From a virus: a DNA stretch of 59,200 nt. The first letter of the stretch is position 1. The number at the start of each line of letters is the position of its first letter. The notes below the pieces were generated by a model. The model had not been told where the DNA came from. It saw only the letters and a list, made by a program, of their open reading frames with translations, and made no database searches. Shown piece after piece: positions 1-9,184 of this stretch. Position numbers and translations under genes: made by a program. The stretch lies in IMG/VR virus record IMGVR_UViG_3300025018_002313. One strand, written 5' to 3'.

Positions 1-720
1 CTGATTGCTACCTGCACTACCATCCCAATATGTTGCCCCAACTGCAAGAACGCTACCATCGAAGGATAGGGAACAAGAACCACCGAACCGGTCACCTGCA
101 CCTGCATCGGAGGGCTTTAGTGCCGTGGTACGCTCTATCCATGAACTGCCAGACCAATCATAGATATAGACTACACCTTGAGCACTACCTACTGACCCAT
201 CCCAAAATGGTGCCCCTACAGCCAGTGCGCTACCATCGGATGATAGCGAGCAGGAATAACCGAAGTTGTCAAACGAACTTGCATCGGATGCTTTAAGTGT
301 GGTTGTACGTTCTGTCCATGAAATCCCGTCCCAGTCAAAGACATAAACTGTACCCTGATTGCTACCTGCTGGCCCGTCCCAAAGTGGTGCCCCTACTGCG
401 AGAACGCTTCCGTCTGATGATAGCGAGCAGGAAGTGCCGAACCGGTCACCTGCACCTGCGTCGGATGGTGTAAGTGCCGTTGTTCGCTCTGCCCATGAAC
501 TACCATTCCAGTCAAAGATGTAAACCGCTCCTTGATCGTTACCTGCACTACCATCCCAATATGGTGCCCCGACTGCCAGTACACTGCCGTCCGATGACAG
601 GGAGCAGGATCGTCCGAACTCATCATTTGCGCCTGCGTCGGATGATGTTAATGCCCCCGCTATTTCATCCGGCGTCATTAGCAGGAGTCTGTCACCTAGA
701 GTAAGGTTGGTTTTGATTGT
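1..720 (-). repeat. Four tandem coding repeats of about 180 bp (about 60 codons each) with high nucleotide identity, inside the FG-GAP repeat gene
   Basis: Near-identical blocks begin near 1, 175, 357 and 535 (ctgattgctacctgc...ccatcccaa..tggtgcccc...gatagcgagcagga). The reverse-complement frame encodes repeated SCSLSSDGSVLAVGAPYWDGSAGNxQGxVYIFDW units. Confidence 0.8.
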
Positions 721-1158
721 CGCGCTGTCTTCAACGTCCAAGCTCCCAGCGCTCACGGCTCCGCTGATGGATACGTTGCCTTGGTGGTTAGTCTCAACAT
801 AATCTGCTGACTCTTGATATGCCATGGTTCCTAAGTTATCAATTTCACCTGAAAGATATACAACATCGCTAGTTGAATCCCAGACTGTTGAACTGTTTAA
901 TTGGACTGTAGTATATACGGATTCCCAGTCAGCGCTATTGGAGTTAACTGTTGTATATGCAGAATTCCATGCTGCAGATAGCATATTAACAATATTACTT
1001 GGGGTACTAGCTGCAGTTACTGTAGCTCGAAGACTTACCCCATTTAGTAAGATATCTCTATCTCCACCAGAATATCCAACTGATATTGTTTGATCAAATT
1101 GTACTGGTGATATGAAGCGCCATAAATCACATAAGCTTATTGTAGTTGTATATTTCAT
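1..1158 (-). CDS. FG-GAP / integrin-alpha-like beta-propeller repeat protein, N-terminal part; the ORF runs off the left edge of the window. Probable virion surface or decoration protein.
   Basis: Minus-strand ATG at 1158..1156 overlaps the portal stop codon (ATGA). Manual translation gives MKYTTTISLCDLW...SCSLSSDGSVLAVGAPYWDG...GAVYIFDWNGSSW repeated at least four times with no stop before position 1. The six-frame track shows only short spurious plus-strand ORFs here. Confidence 0.6.
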   Translation of the reverse strand, partial: MKYTTTISLCDLWRFISPVQFDQTISVGYSGGDRDILLNGVSLRATVTAASTPSNIVNMLSAAWNSAYTTVNSNSADWESVYTTVQLNSSTVWDSTSDVVYLSGEIDNLGTMAYQESADYVETNHQGNVSISGAVSAGSLDVEDSATIKTNLTLGDRLLLMTPDEIAGALTSSDAGANDEFGRSCSLSSDGSVLAVGAPYWDGSAGNDQGAVYIFDWNGSSWAERTTALTPSDAGAGDRFGTSCSLSSDGSVLAVGAPLWDGPAGSNQGTVYVFDWDGISWTERTTTLKASDASSFDNFGYSCSLSSDGSALAVGAPFWDGSVGSAQGVVYIYDWSGSSWIERTTALKPSDAGAGDRFGGSCSLSFDGSVLAVGATYWDGSAGSNQ

Positions 1159-2984
1159 TGTGCCATTTCAGCGCCTGCAGCCGGTGGTGCACCAGCCTCC
1201 GCTGCGCCTGCGGTTGCGGCTTCTGGAGATGTTGGTCCAGGACCGAAGTCAGGTGGGACATCAGGTGTAAACGCGCCACCAGCAGGTAGTTCTGTACCTC
1301 CACCTAAGCCACCCGCTGCCATATCACCAGCTATATTTTCCATTTCTGCTTCAGCAGCTAGTTTCTTTCTAAAATCAGGGCCAGTAGAAACGATTTGCTG
1401 TACTTCCCATGACAAAGCTGCATCTTTTCTAAGCCATTCTCTGTTCTCTGCCATTTGAACATCCGATAGACCAAGATAATATTTCTGGCAATAGCTCTGT
1501 GACATAAGTTCCGTTGCAACTAATCCAGTAAAGTTATTTTTCTTAAGATCGAATATTTGTTGCTCACGCATCACTGCAAAGCTAGTCGGCATATTAAATT
1601 CTATATTTAATTGATGCTCTCTTAGATTATATTTCTCCCAGAGACTCTCCGATTCATTATCGTTAGGATCTTTCTCGCGTAATTTCATATGTGTAACAAA
1701 CGAGTTTCTGAGTCCTACTGCAAACTGCTGCTGTATGCGAATAATGAAACGAGCAAATCGTAATTCTTCTCGTGTAATTTGTTCACCATCTTGAAACGCA
1801 TCTTGTGGATCCAGCCGCTGTTGTGGTACTTTTAATGATCGATATAATTTCTTGATAAAATACATCAAATCATCTAGCTGTCCTAGATTTGCACCCCCTT
1901 GCAATTGCTCTACTGTTGTACCTTCACTTTGACCTCTTTTTGTAAACCAAAACGCGTCAAGCATGGACTGTGGATCATACACATTTGTTACACGCCCCTG
2001 TGAGTTATCGAAGTTTTTACGTGACCAGTATTGCTGCATGAGCTTTCTTACATATTCTTCAGCCTTTGGTACTGGCATATTGCCTACATCAACTTTAAAT
2101 ACAAGACGCTCTGGCGCACGAACTAATCGATAGATAATAATACTGTCTTCAACCAAAGTAAGCTGCTTGTATGCTCGACGTGCATTCTCGATATACGGCA
2201 ACCGCATCGTATGATCTTCGTTCCACATACCTGAATGTAAATAAGTAACCTGATTTTGATCAAGAACTATTAGTTCCTCTTGGCTTTGATTGACCATTGA
2301 TTTCTTAGGATTAACGATCGGCTTTCTTAAAAGGAACCCTTGGATTATCTGGTTTTGAACATTGTCGTAAATCGGGTTAACTAGCTCTGTAGGAATTCCT
2401 ACAATACCTATAATACCATAGTCCGGTCTATTTTCTGATATTACATTTTCAAAAAATAGTTCTCCTTCAGTTAGAAATTGTCTGACTAATTCCCATCCTC
2501 TGGTCTCCAAATCAAAAATAGTTATAAACTTATCCCATTCTTTTTTAATAGCATCAATTATAAATTTATCATGATCACCAGAAACCGTACATTTTACTAT
2601 AGTACCGTCACCATCTTTAACAATTGCTTCATCTGCGATTTCATCTATACATTCCGCTAATTCTGCATACGCGGCCATTCTACGATATTCTTGTACACGA
2701 CGGACCTTATCGGAATCCACATCAGCATACATGATTTCATGATAGCGCTTGTCTATCATTATCTGACCGGCACCAGCATCTGGTTGAGCCTGGAATACAG
2801 ACTGCTGTGCAACACGTTGATCTGGTCGTGTAACTAAGTTACTAAAGACATCGTACTTTGGATTTTGTTCTAATGCGTTTTGAAGTACCTTATAGGTGTA
2901 CGGCATCCTCGCTATTAAAGTACTGATAAAATTCGGTCCGGCAGAAATTGTTCCTGCACTACCCATTCCCATTGCATTGGCCAT
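1155..2984 (-). CDS. gp20: Portal protein, T4 gp20 family
   Basis: 609 aa. [40 protein letters not shown] matches the T4 gp20 segment [59 protein letters not shown] matches [21 protein letters not shown]. Gly/Ala/Pro-rich C-terminal tail. Confidence 0.85.
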   Translation of the reverse strand: [609 protein letters not shown]

Positions 2985-3005
2985 AAAATCTCCTCTTTAT
3001 ATATG

Positions 3006-3013
3006 TATTTATA
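3006..3013 (-). promoter_or_regulatory. T4-late-promoter-like TATAAATA, about 21 nt upstream of the portal ATG
   Basis: The plus strand reads tatttata, which is TATAAATA on the minus strand, in an AT-rich intergenic region. The window encodes a gp55-like late sigma factor. Confidence 0.35.
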
Positions 3014-3135
3014 TTTTTTGAACTCCTAAACGTTTTCATAAATACTGCATTTTAAATATTTACGAACACAATAATAGATTACAACGAAAAGATGGTATAT
3101 TCCTTGTATTAATTAATGTATATTAATAGTATCGA

Positions 3136-4335
3136 TTATGAAAAACTTTTTACCTTTACTCCACTAACACAAGGATATTGGAACTCAATGTAATTATTGT
3201 ACTCGGTAGAATTTACAGGATATGGATTTGTTGTCGGTCGGCCGCAATCTTTAGTTAAGAACCCATATCCAGCATTATTAACCGCAATAATGTCAAAGTA
3301 GCCGCTGTTTAACATTGTTAGAGACAAGCTAAAAGCGTTCTTTGATATATAATTTATCGCACTATCTTCTACTCGTATACCAGAAAAGCCTGAGTATATT
3401 GTAGATTTTGTTGTTAGATCCTGAACGTATGTAATTCCAGCACTTAATGGAGACGTAGGTGATGTGTCGAATATGCTCCAATCATAACTACTCAGATAAA
3501 CAGTATCGACGTAATCTAGCATTCTACCGTATAAGGTAATTTCACTAGGATTATCTTTTCCTACAAAAAACGGATCTACATTTACGAATTGAGGTCTTGC
3601 TGAAATAACAGTATAATCAGTATAATGATCTGTATTAAACTCATCTTCCCGAGCTTTCATTGCTTCATATTCTTCGATGGCTGATACGGATGCAAAATTT
3701 GTATCAATAACGTAAATCGGTTTTCCTGGGGGTGGGCTGTTTTTAAACATCCATGATTCGATTGTAAACGATGTATCTGCAACAACTCGATATGGCTGAG
3801 AGGCATTAATATCGAACGGATAACTAATAGTTACATTTTCGTTCCATTTAATATGACTACGGATTTCGAAATCAGACCATGGAATAATATCCGGCCATTT
3901 CCAGCTTACAACAATATACGGATCACAATATGGTATGAAATTTGTTAAAATTTGATCTATATCAGTTTGAAATCTACCGATTATAGACATGTTAACAGTT
4001 AAATCAATCGGAACTGGTTGCAGCAAATGAACCCAAGCAGATGTTGTTGGTGATTTTGTATCAGTCCAATAGGATCCTTCAATTTTACTGAAAACTCTTT
4101 CTGGTGCACGTCTAAATCCACCGTTCCAGACGCTAACTACCGGCATTTTAAAGTGTTGATTCTTTTGAACTATTTCATGTAATGTACGTGTTTTTGGAGC
4201 ATACATAAAATTTACATGAATTTGGTCCTCCGGCTCTTTATCAATATTATGTCGCTTAATAACAATATCGTTAAAAGCATTTGAAAACTGTGCTATTATG
4301 TCTCGGATTTCCCAATGAAAAGTGTATGAACGCAT
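3136..4335 (-). CDS. Putative tail completion / sheath stabilizer protein, distant T4 gp15-like
   Basis: 399 aa. The N-terminal pattern FSNAFNDIVIKRH...IHVNFMYAPK resembles T4 gp15 LFSNIQIKRQ...IRVPITYASK. Lies directly upstream of the portal in the same operon. The similarity is weak and based on recall. Confidence 0.35.
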   Translation of the reverse strand: MRSYTFHWEIRDIIAQFSNAFNDIVIKRHNIDKEPEDQIHVNFMYAPKTRTLHEIVQKNQHFKMPVVSVWNGGFRRAPERVFSKIEGSYWTDTKSPTTSAWVHLLQPVPIDLTVNMSIIGRFQTDIDQILTNFIPYCDPYIVVSWKWPDIIPWSDFEIRSHIKWNENVTISYPFDINASQPYRVVADTSFTIESWMFKNSPPPGKPIYVIDTNFASVSAIEEYEAMKAREDEFNTDHYTDYTVISARPQFVNVDPFFVGKDNPSEITLYGRMLDYVDTVYLSSYDWSIFDTSPTSPLSAGITYVQDLTTKSTIYSGFSGIRVEDSAINYISKNAFSLSLTMLNSGYFDIIAVNNAGYGFLTKDCGRPTTNPYPVNSTEYNNYIEFQYPCVSGVKVKSFS

Positions 4336-4443
4336 TAATTTGTCTCCTTTAAATATTTAACAGAAGAAGTCAAATTTAAAGGAGAAAATAAAAAATCGGA
4401 ATAATGCATTAGCACTACCCCGATTTCGTTAAAAATTTAGATC

Positions 4444-5121
4444 TTAGAATACGTCGACATCTCTAACTTGAGCTGTTTTTAATACTTCTTGTTTTAATGG
4501 ATCGAGATCTTCAATAGCATACTCTTTACCACCGATGGTTATTCCGGCTATATTACTAACTAATACTCGGCGATATATTACTGGTTTATTAACGCCTTGC
4601 GATGTAGCAGTGTCTTCTGGTTTTTGAGTATATACAAACGGACTCCATTCATCAGGTGTGAGTACTTTGAAGTTTCCACCTTGTGTTCCTACATAAATAG
4701 GTGTTCTCTTTTTACTTGTTCCAGACCGTTGAGTAGGTTGTATTGCTATTGATAGCCCATTTTTACCTCTTACGAGCGACGGCGTCTCATGCTCACCCCA
4801 TCCAGTTCCTCGTTTGAATCCTCCCTCTTGACCTTCCCGCTCTCGCTGGCGATTCACAGATCTTTCGTAGTCTGCATTAATCATTCCGTTAATTTGTGAT
4901 ACTTTATAGATCGGTAAAAAGATATTACCGCCCTTTTTCTGTTGAGGTATTGTTACAGCAGTAATACTAATCGGTGTTGCACCTGTTTTGTCTGCCTCTC
5001 TTATTTTTTCAACAAGCTGTTCTTGTGTTATTGAATCAGCGAAGGTATCCATGCCAAAAGCCATTTCCATGACTCGCTGCTCATAGATAAGCTCCAAATC
5101 CGCCGTTGCTTTGTCCTTCAT
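4444..5121 (-). CDS. Hypothetical protein, possibly a neck or tail structural protein
   Basis: 225 aa ORF in the structural operon with a Gly-rich central segment. No motif recognised. Confidence 0.3.
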   Translation of the reverse strand: MKDKATADLELIYEQRVMEMAFGMDTFADSITQEQLVEKIREADKTGATPISITAVTIPQQKKGGNIFLPIYKVSQINGMINADYERSVNRQREREGQEGGFKRGTGWGEHETPSLVRGKNGLSIAIQPTQRSGTSKKRTPIYVGTQGGNFKVLTPDEWSPFVYTQKPEDTATSQGVNKPVIYRRVLVSNIAGITIGGKEYAIEDLDPLKQEVLKTAQVRDVDVF

Positions 5122-5467
5122 TATATATCTCCTTTATATTATTTATAGCTAGTTCTCCGAAATGTTTACTTATTCCCTCTTCAAGTACATTGTAAGTAAA
5201 CACCTTTTCTTTCATTAATTCCGGAGTTACAATAATAGTCCGATTAACTGAAAGGTCAACTTTTCTCTTTATAATTGACACACCAATTTCAATTTGAGCG
5301 TTATCTTCTATGAATTTTACATTCAACATTTCACCGTAGATAAAAATACCCCCTGTACCTGGTTTTTTGTACTCTACATATATAAATTTACCTTCTGTCA
5401 AAGGTTTGTATATCAACTGTAATTCTGGATCTAGTTCATTATATTGTAACGTTTTTAAAATATTCAT
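5081..5467 (-). CDS. Hypothetical protein; start trimmed to the internal Met (MNILKTLQYNELD...)
   Basis: The six-frame ORF 5081..5518 overlaps the upstream endonuclease gene. The third Met of the ORF, giving MNILKTL..., would reduce the overlap to about 29 nt. Confidence 0.3.
   Translation of the reverse strand: MNILKTLQYNELDPELQLIYKPLTEGKFIYVEYKKPGTGGIFIYGEMLNVKFIEDNAQIEIGVSIIKRKVDLSVNRTIIVTPELMKEKVFTYNVLEEGISKHFGELAINNIKEIYNEGQSNGGFGAYL
5140..5147 (-). promoter_or_regulatory. T4-late-promoter-like TATAAATA, about 18 nt upstream of the ATG of the 4444..5121 gene
   Basis: tatttata on the plus strand, lying inside the 3' end of the upstream ORF. Confidence 0.3.
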
Positions 5468-6434
5468 AATTTTTATCCAATATACAAATAAAATCATAGC
5501 CTTGCTCAATACAAGCATTCTTTTTAAGCTCCAAATTTATTTCTGTTTGTATTTTCATAATATAAGATGATTTTATTTCAACAATAAGGTTTAATTTTGG
5601 TATATAAAAATCAGGGTAATATCTTTTCTTTTTTCCTTTTTCAAAATAATAAATTGTCGGTGGACGGTAAACTATTTCATTTTCAGTTAAAATATTATTA
5701 TTTATTACAAAATCTAAGAAACCATCTTCATACCCTTGAACATAAATTTCTTGTCCAGACGGTAAAATATATTGTTTTGATTTAAATGTGTGTATTATTT
5801 GATTTCTAGTTCTATGTTTTCTTAATCTAATACCGCACTCTTTTAATATTCGATACAACACTGGCCTTGAAATTGAATGTATTCGACATATATCTTTTGT
5901 TAATATCTCTTTTTCATAATCATTACAAATTTGTTTAATATTATATCGTCTGTTTATACGATATTTTTGACTTTCTGCAGGTGTACGTATTTTTATTTTC
6001 CACTCTTTCAATAAACTGTTAACTAGAGTAGTAGAAGCGTTAAAAATATTTCCGATTTCTTTTGTTGTTCTTCCTAAATTATATAGCTTTATTATCTCTT
6101 CTATTTTATTTCTTATATCAGTTTTGAAAACAGGTGAAGGATAATCATGTGCTTTTCGTTTTTTAATATTTGCTTGTTGTAATTTTTTATTCACTGATGT
6201 TTCAGTAATACTAAACATTTCTGCAATATGTTTTAATGTTTTACCTTCTTTATATAATTTACATGCTTTTCTAATAGTTAAAGCTGAGCGTGGTCGTACT
6301 GTGATATTATTTTCTTTTAATATTCTACCTATAGTAGGATTGGTAACATTATATTTTTTTGCAAGTTCAACTGTATTTTGTCCTTGTTGATATAATATTA
6401 CTATCTCTTGTCTCTGTTTTTTTGATAACTTCAT
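5439..6434 (-). CDS. Multi-HTH DNA-binding protein with a C-terminal PD-(D/E)XK nuclease motif; putative free-standing homing endonuclease
   Basis: 331 aa with four tandem HTH-like units (ELAKKYNVTNPTIGRIL; LKHIAEMFSITETSVNKKL; TKEIGNIFNASTTLVNSL; RIHSISRPVLYRIL). C-terminal YPDFYIPKLNLIVEIK follows the D-x(n)-E-x-K pattern. Inserted between structural genes and the helicase. Confidence 0.45.
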   Translation of the reverse strand: MKLSKKQRQEIVILYQQGQNTVELAKKYNVTNPTIGRILKENNITVRPRSALTIRKACKLYKEGKTLKHIAEMFSITETSVNKKLQQANIKKRKAHDYPSPVFKTDIRNKIEEIIKLYNLGRTTKEIGNIFNASTTLVNSLLKEWKIKIRTPAESQKYRINRRYNIKQICNDYEKEILTKDICRIHSISRPVLYRILKECGIRLRKHRTRNQIIHTFKSKQYILPSGQEIYVQGYEDGFLDFVINNNILTENEIVYRPPTIYYFEKGKKKRYYPDFYIPKLNLIVEIKSSYIMKIQTEINLELKKNACIEQGYDFICILDKNYEYFKNVTI

Positions 6435-6439
6435 ATAAA

Positions 6440-6447
6440 TATTTATA
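6440..6447 (-). promoter_or_regulatory. TATAAATA late-promoter-like motif 5 nt upstream of the endonuclease ATG
   Basis: tatttata on the plus strand at 6440..6447; the gene's ATG is at 6434. Confidence 0.25.
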
Positions 6448-6463
6448 TGATTTATAAATATTT

Positions 6464-8095
6464 TTACTGGAGCCGATCTCTAAAAAATCTTGGTAGTTTA
6501 TCTATATTTCTTTTAATTAGATCAACCGCAGTACCGTCAAGAATATATGTATCTGAGAAATCGGTAACGCTTCGGGTTGTTCTTCCACACATCTGTACTA
6601 ATGTTATTAGAGCCTTCATTTGATACCATCGAGGATTTCGATCTGCAATAGTCTTTATCCTCTTATCTCCTAAAGGTAAATACGGTGTTTTCATAATTAC
6701 AGAAAATCTACCGAACTCATCTGATAAATCAGTACCAAAACCTAAACTCGGTGATATTATCACAGTCCCTTTAGTGCTCAATCTATGAGTATGCAATAGA
6801 TATTCATTTGTTATTCCAGGCTCTCTTAATAAAAATCGTTTATCGTTTTTTATATGGTCTTGTAGAGCTTTAGTTATCTTAAATGTATGAGTATGAATAA
6901 TGCCTTTATCATCTGGATATTTATCACATACTCTTTTAGCTATTTCAACTAATTTCGGTAATATCTTATCGAGATTTTTGTAGTTGAGTTTGAATTTATC
7001 GAGACAATATATGGGTGACTGTGACGGAGTAAATTCAGAATCAACTTCTATATACTCATACTCTGTAATACCTAGAGATTTTGCAAACATTGCATGATCA
7101 ATGATAGTTGCCGACATCAATATGACATGATCGGCGTGCTTAAAAAAGTTTTGTGCCAGAATATTAACAAAGAGAGGAGTAAACTTTACTTTGTCGGCTT
7201 CTGGCTCAATAATAAACTCTGTAGAATACCAATTCTGTAAGATAAGAACTAGTTTCTCATACATGTTTCTGTATAGTCTTAGCGCCGTAATTGCACTTAT
7301 TAGTTGTCGTTTATTCTTCTTGTTTTTTGCGAACACCTCTTGTAATGATTCCTGCTTTGCTTTTACTGCATCGACTAAATCACTTAACCATCTATAAGCT
7401 ACTCCAGAATCATTTGTTAGTAGTTTTTTAATTCCCAGCTCACTAAGTTTAATCCGTTTATAATCAATAGTGCAAGAGTAGTGTTTTACTAATTCATCTT
7501 CTAACTCCGATGCTTCATCACAGACTATATATTCTCTTCGCTGCAATGTCTGTGGGAGTGTTAGAAATGAACTATAATTAAATACAGCAAAACGAGATTT
7601 CAGTGCATCACGACGAGCATTTAGAAACGGGCAGCGTTCTAATTGTTTGCATTTTTCCAATAAGGATGGTGTAATCATGCAAGGAGCAAGATCACACTCG
7701 AAGTCCTCATCGACGGCGCATATATAGTTCTGTTTACCCTTGAGAATGTTTGACCCAGGAAACATGTGATCGTATTGATTTTGTAGAGTCTTGCTTACTG
7801 TAAGTACCGCACATCCGAACTTTGGTAAATTTTGTAGGACATCTTCATTCTCGTAACCGTTACCAAATTTCTTTGAATACAATCGATGGCTATCTGCTAG
7901 TTGCACAAAAACCGGGTCAGGATAACGACTGCTATTTGCAATCGTTGCTGATATATGGCCTTTCCCAGCACCGGTAGGTGCTTGAACAATTATAAACTTC
8001 TTCTTTGGTAACGCTTTCTCAATATGAAGTATTATGTCCTCTTGAGATTTTCTTGGTATGAACCCATCTGGAAAGTTTGCTAATAATTTTGACAT
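6464..8095 (-). CDS. SF2 DNA helicase of the DinG/XPD (Rad3) family with an Fe-S cluster domain
   Basis: 543 aa. Walker A VQAPTGAGKG, a DEAS box (VCDEASELED), and a four-Cys cluster (CAVDEDFECDLAPC...EKC...ERCPF) typical of XPD/DinG Fe-S domains. Confidence 0.7.
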   Translation of the reverse strand: MSKLLANFPDGFIPRKSQEDIILHIEKALPKKKFIIVQAPTGAGKGHISATIANSSRYPDPVFVQLADSHRLYSKKFGNGYENEDVLQNLPKFGCAVLTVSKTLQNQYDHMFPGSNILKGKQNYICAVDEDFECDLAPCMITPSLLEKCKQLERCPFLNARRDALKSRFAVFNYSSFLTLPQTLQRREYIVCDEASELEDELVKHYSCTIDYKRIKLSELGIKKLLTNDSGVAYRWLSDLVDAVKAKQESLQEVFAKNKKNKRQLISAITALRLYRNMYEKLVLILQNWYSTEFIIEPEADKVKFTPLFVNILAQNFFKHADHVILMSATIIDHAMFAKSLGITEYEYIEVDSEFTPSQSPIYCLDKFKLNYKNLDKILPKLVEIAKRVCDKYPDDKGIIHTHTFKITKALQDHIKNDKRFLLREPGITNEYLLHTHRLSTKGTVIISPSLGFGTDLSDEFGRFSVIMKTPYLPLGDKRIKTIADRNPRWYQMKALITLVQMCGRTTRSVTDFSDTYILDGTAVDLIKRNIDKLPRFFRDRLQ

Positions 8096-8418
8096 TATCC
8101 CTTTGCTTTATCAATACATTTACGTAAGCATTTCGTACAGAAAGAAAGATGATCAGTCGGCTTCGTTCCCTCTGATGTAATGACACATCGACGACCTATA
8201 TAACCTCGACCGAAGCACGCCTTGCAGTATTTAGGAAAGGGCTTTTTTAGAGGTACTTGATATTCATCTAAGTTTTTTACTTCGTCTTCTTCGACGGTGT
8301 ATGTTTGACCTGTCACCAATGAGAATATTAGCTTGAGGTTTTTGATAGTGCATGGTTGATCGTTCGTTGATACTTCTTCATTAATGTTTTTCATAATATC
8401 AATATTATAATATATCAT
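8095..8418 (-). CDS. Small Cys-rich protein, putative zinc finger
   Basis: 107 aa with KYCKACFGRGYIGRRC...SFCTKCLRKC, i.e. paired CxxC motifs. Start overlaps the stop of the next gene. Confidence 0.3.
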   Translation of the reverse strand: MIYYNIDIMKNINEEVSTNDQPCTIKNLKLIFSLVTGQTYTVEEDEVKNLDEYQVPLKKPFPKYCKACFGRGYIGRRCVITSEGTKPTDHLSFCTKCLRKCIDKAKG

Positions 8419-8765
8419 TAAGATTTATCAAGATAAATTAAGAGTGGATCTTTAGGGTTAAAAGTAAATGTCGAACTATCGATACTTTGATTTCCGCCAT
8501 TTGTTACTGTATCTAGTCGAGACATTAATTCAAATTCTTTAGTTCCTACTTGCTGAGAATTGATAGCAGCAATTATTTGTATTGCCCCTTCTTTTGAGAT
8601 ACTTTGATCGTCTTTGATAAAGTTAGTGACAACAGGTTCAATAGCTTCTTCTAGCTCTCTTATTAGTTTGTGATATTTTTCAAGTAGTTTCTTTCCGTCC
8701 GCATTAATACTATATGTTACTTCTTCACTTATAACTTTATTTGCTAGCCGTTCAAATAGGTTCAT
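8418..8765 (-). CDS. Hypothetical protein
   Basis: 115 aa ORF abutting its neighbours with start/stop overlap. Confidence 0.3.
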   Translation of the reverse strand: MNLFERLANKVISEEVTYSINADGKKLLEKYHKLIRELEEAIEPVVTNFIKDDQSISKEGAIQIIAAINSQQVGTKEFELMSRLDTVTNGGNQSIDSSTFTFNPKDPLLIYLDKS

Positions 8766-9172
8766 TATTTCTCCGTTACGATATCAATTTCCATTATAGT
8801 ATCATGAAACCGACTTTTCTTATCTTTTACTAATTTCGAAATTAGCTGCAATGATTCTTTATCTCCGTGAACTAGTGTCGAGAAGCGGTAATCAAAAATA
8901 ACTTTAGATTTCTTCTTATCCACAATAATATCAAATGGGATCGGTATCTCAAATCGTTCCCTCTTAGTTGATTTGATAATAAACTCTAAATAAAACCCAC
9001 TTTGTTTAAATAGAAGGAACCGACCGGATCTCCATACTTTATTGTTAAAATGTATTTTAACTTTTTGCTGGAGCAATATTTTTAGTGGGGCCTCAATTGC
9101 TGTTTCAGGTAAAAAAATCATAATAGTATTTAGTGTATTATAAAATACATCCACCACATAAAAAAACAACAA
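8765..9172 (-). CDS. Hypothetical protein
   Basis: 135 aa ORF tightly packed in a leftward operon. Confidence 0.3.
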   Translation of the reverse strand: MLFFYVVDVFYNTLNTIMIFLPETAIEAPLKILLQQKVKIHFNNKVWRSGRFLLFKQSGFYLEFIIKSTKRERFEIPIPFDIIVDKKKSKVIFDYRFSTLVHGDKESLQLISKLVKDKKSRFHDTIMEIDIVTEK

Positions 9173-9184
9173 AGGAACATCAGA

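Noticed and set aside
1-720. Possibility that the regular 180-bp repeats are a CRISPR array or satellite DNA
   Set aside because: The repeat units are contiguous with no unique spacers. They are in frame and encode conserved FG-GAP blades. They are coding repeats.
30-1093. Plus-strand ORFs 30..296, 474..704 and 824..1093, and minus-strand ORF 393..626 from the six-frame track
   Set aside because: They lie inside the 180-bp tandem repeats. The long uninterrupted reading frame is on the minus strand in another phase and encodes the FG-GAP protein. These ORFs are repeat-induced alternative frames.
3136-5518. Assigning the 399-aa, 225-aa and 145-aa genes as tail sheath, tail tube or terminase
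   Set aside because: Sizes and order do not match T4 genes 17, 18 and 19. No Walker A is present. Only a weak gp15-like N-terminal pattern was seen, so the calls are kept generic.
6453-6460. Plus-strand TATAAATA between the helicase and endonuclease genes
   Set aside because: Both neighbouring genes are on the minus strand. Only the overlapping minus-orientation copy at 6440..6447 is potentially relevant.
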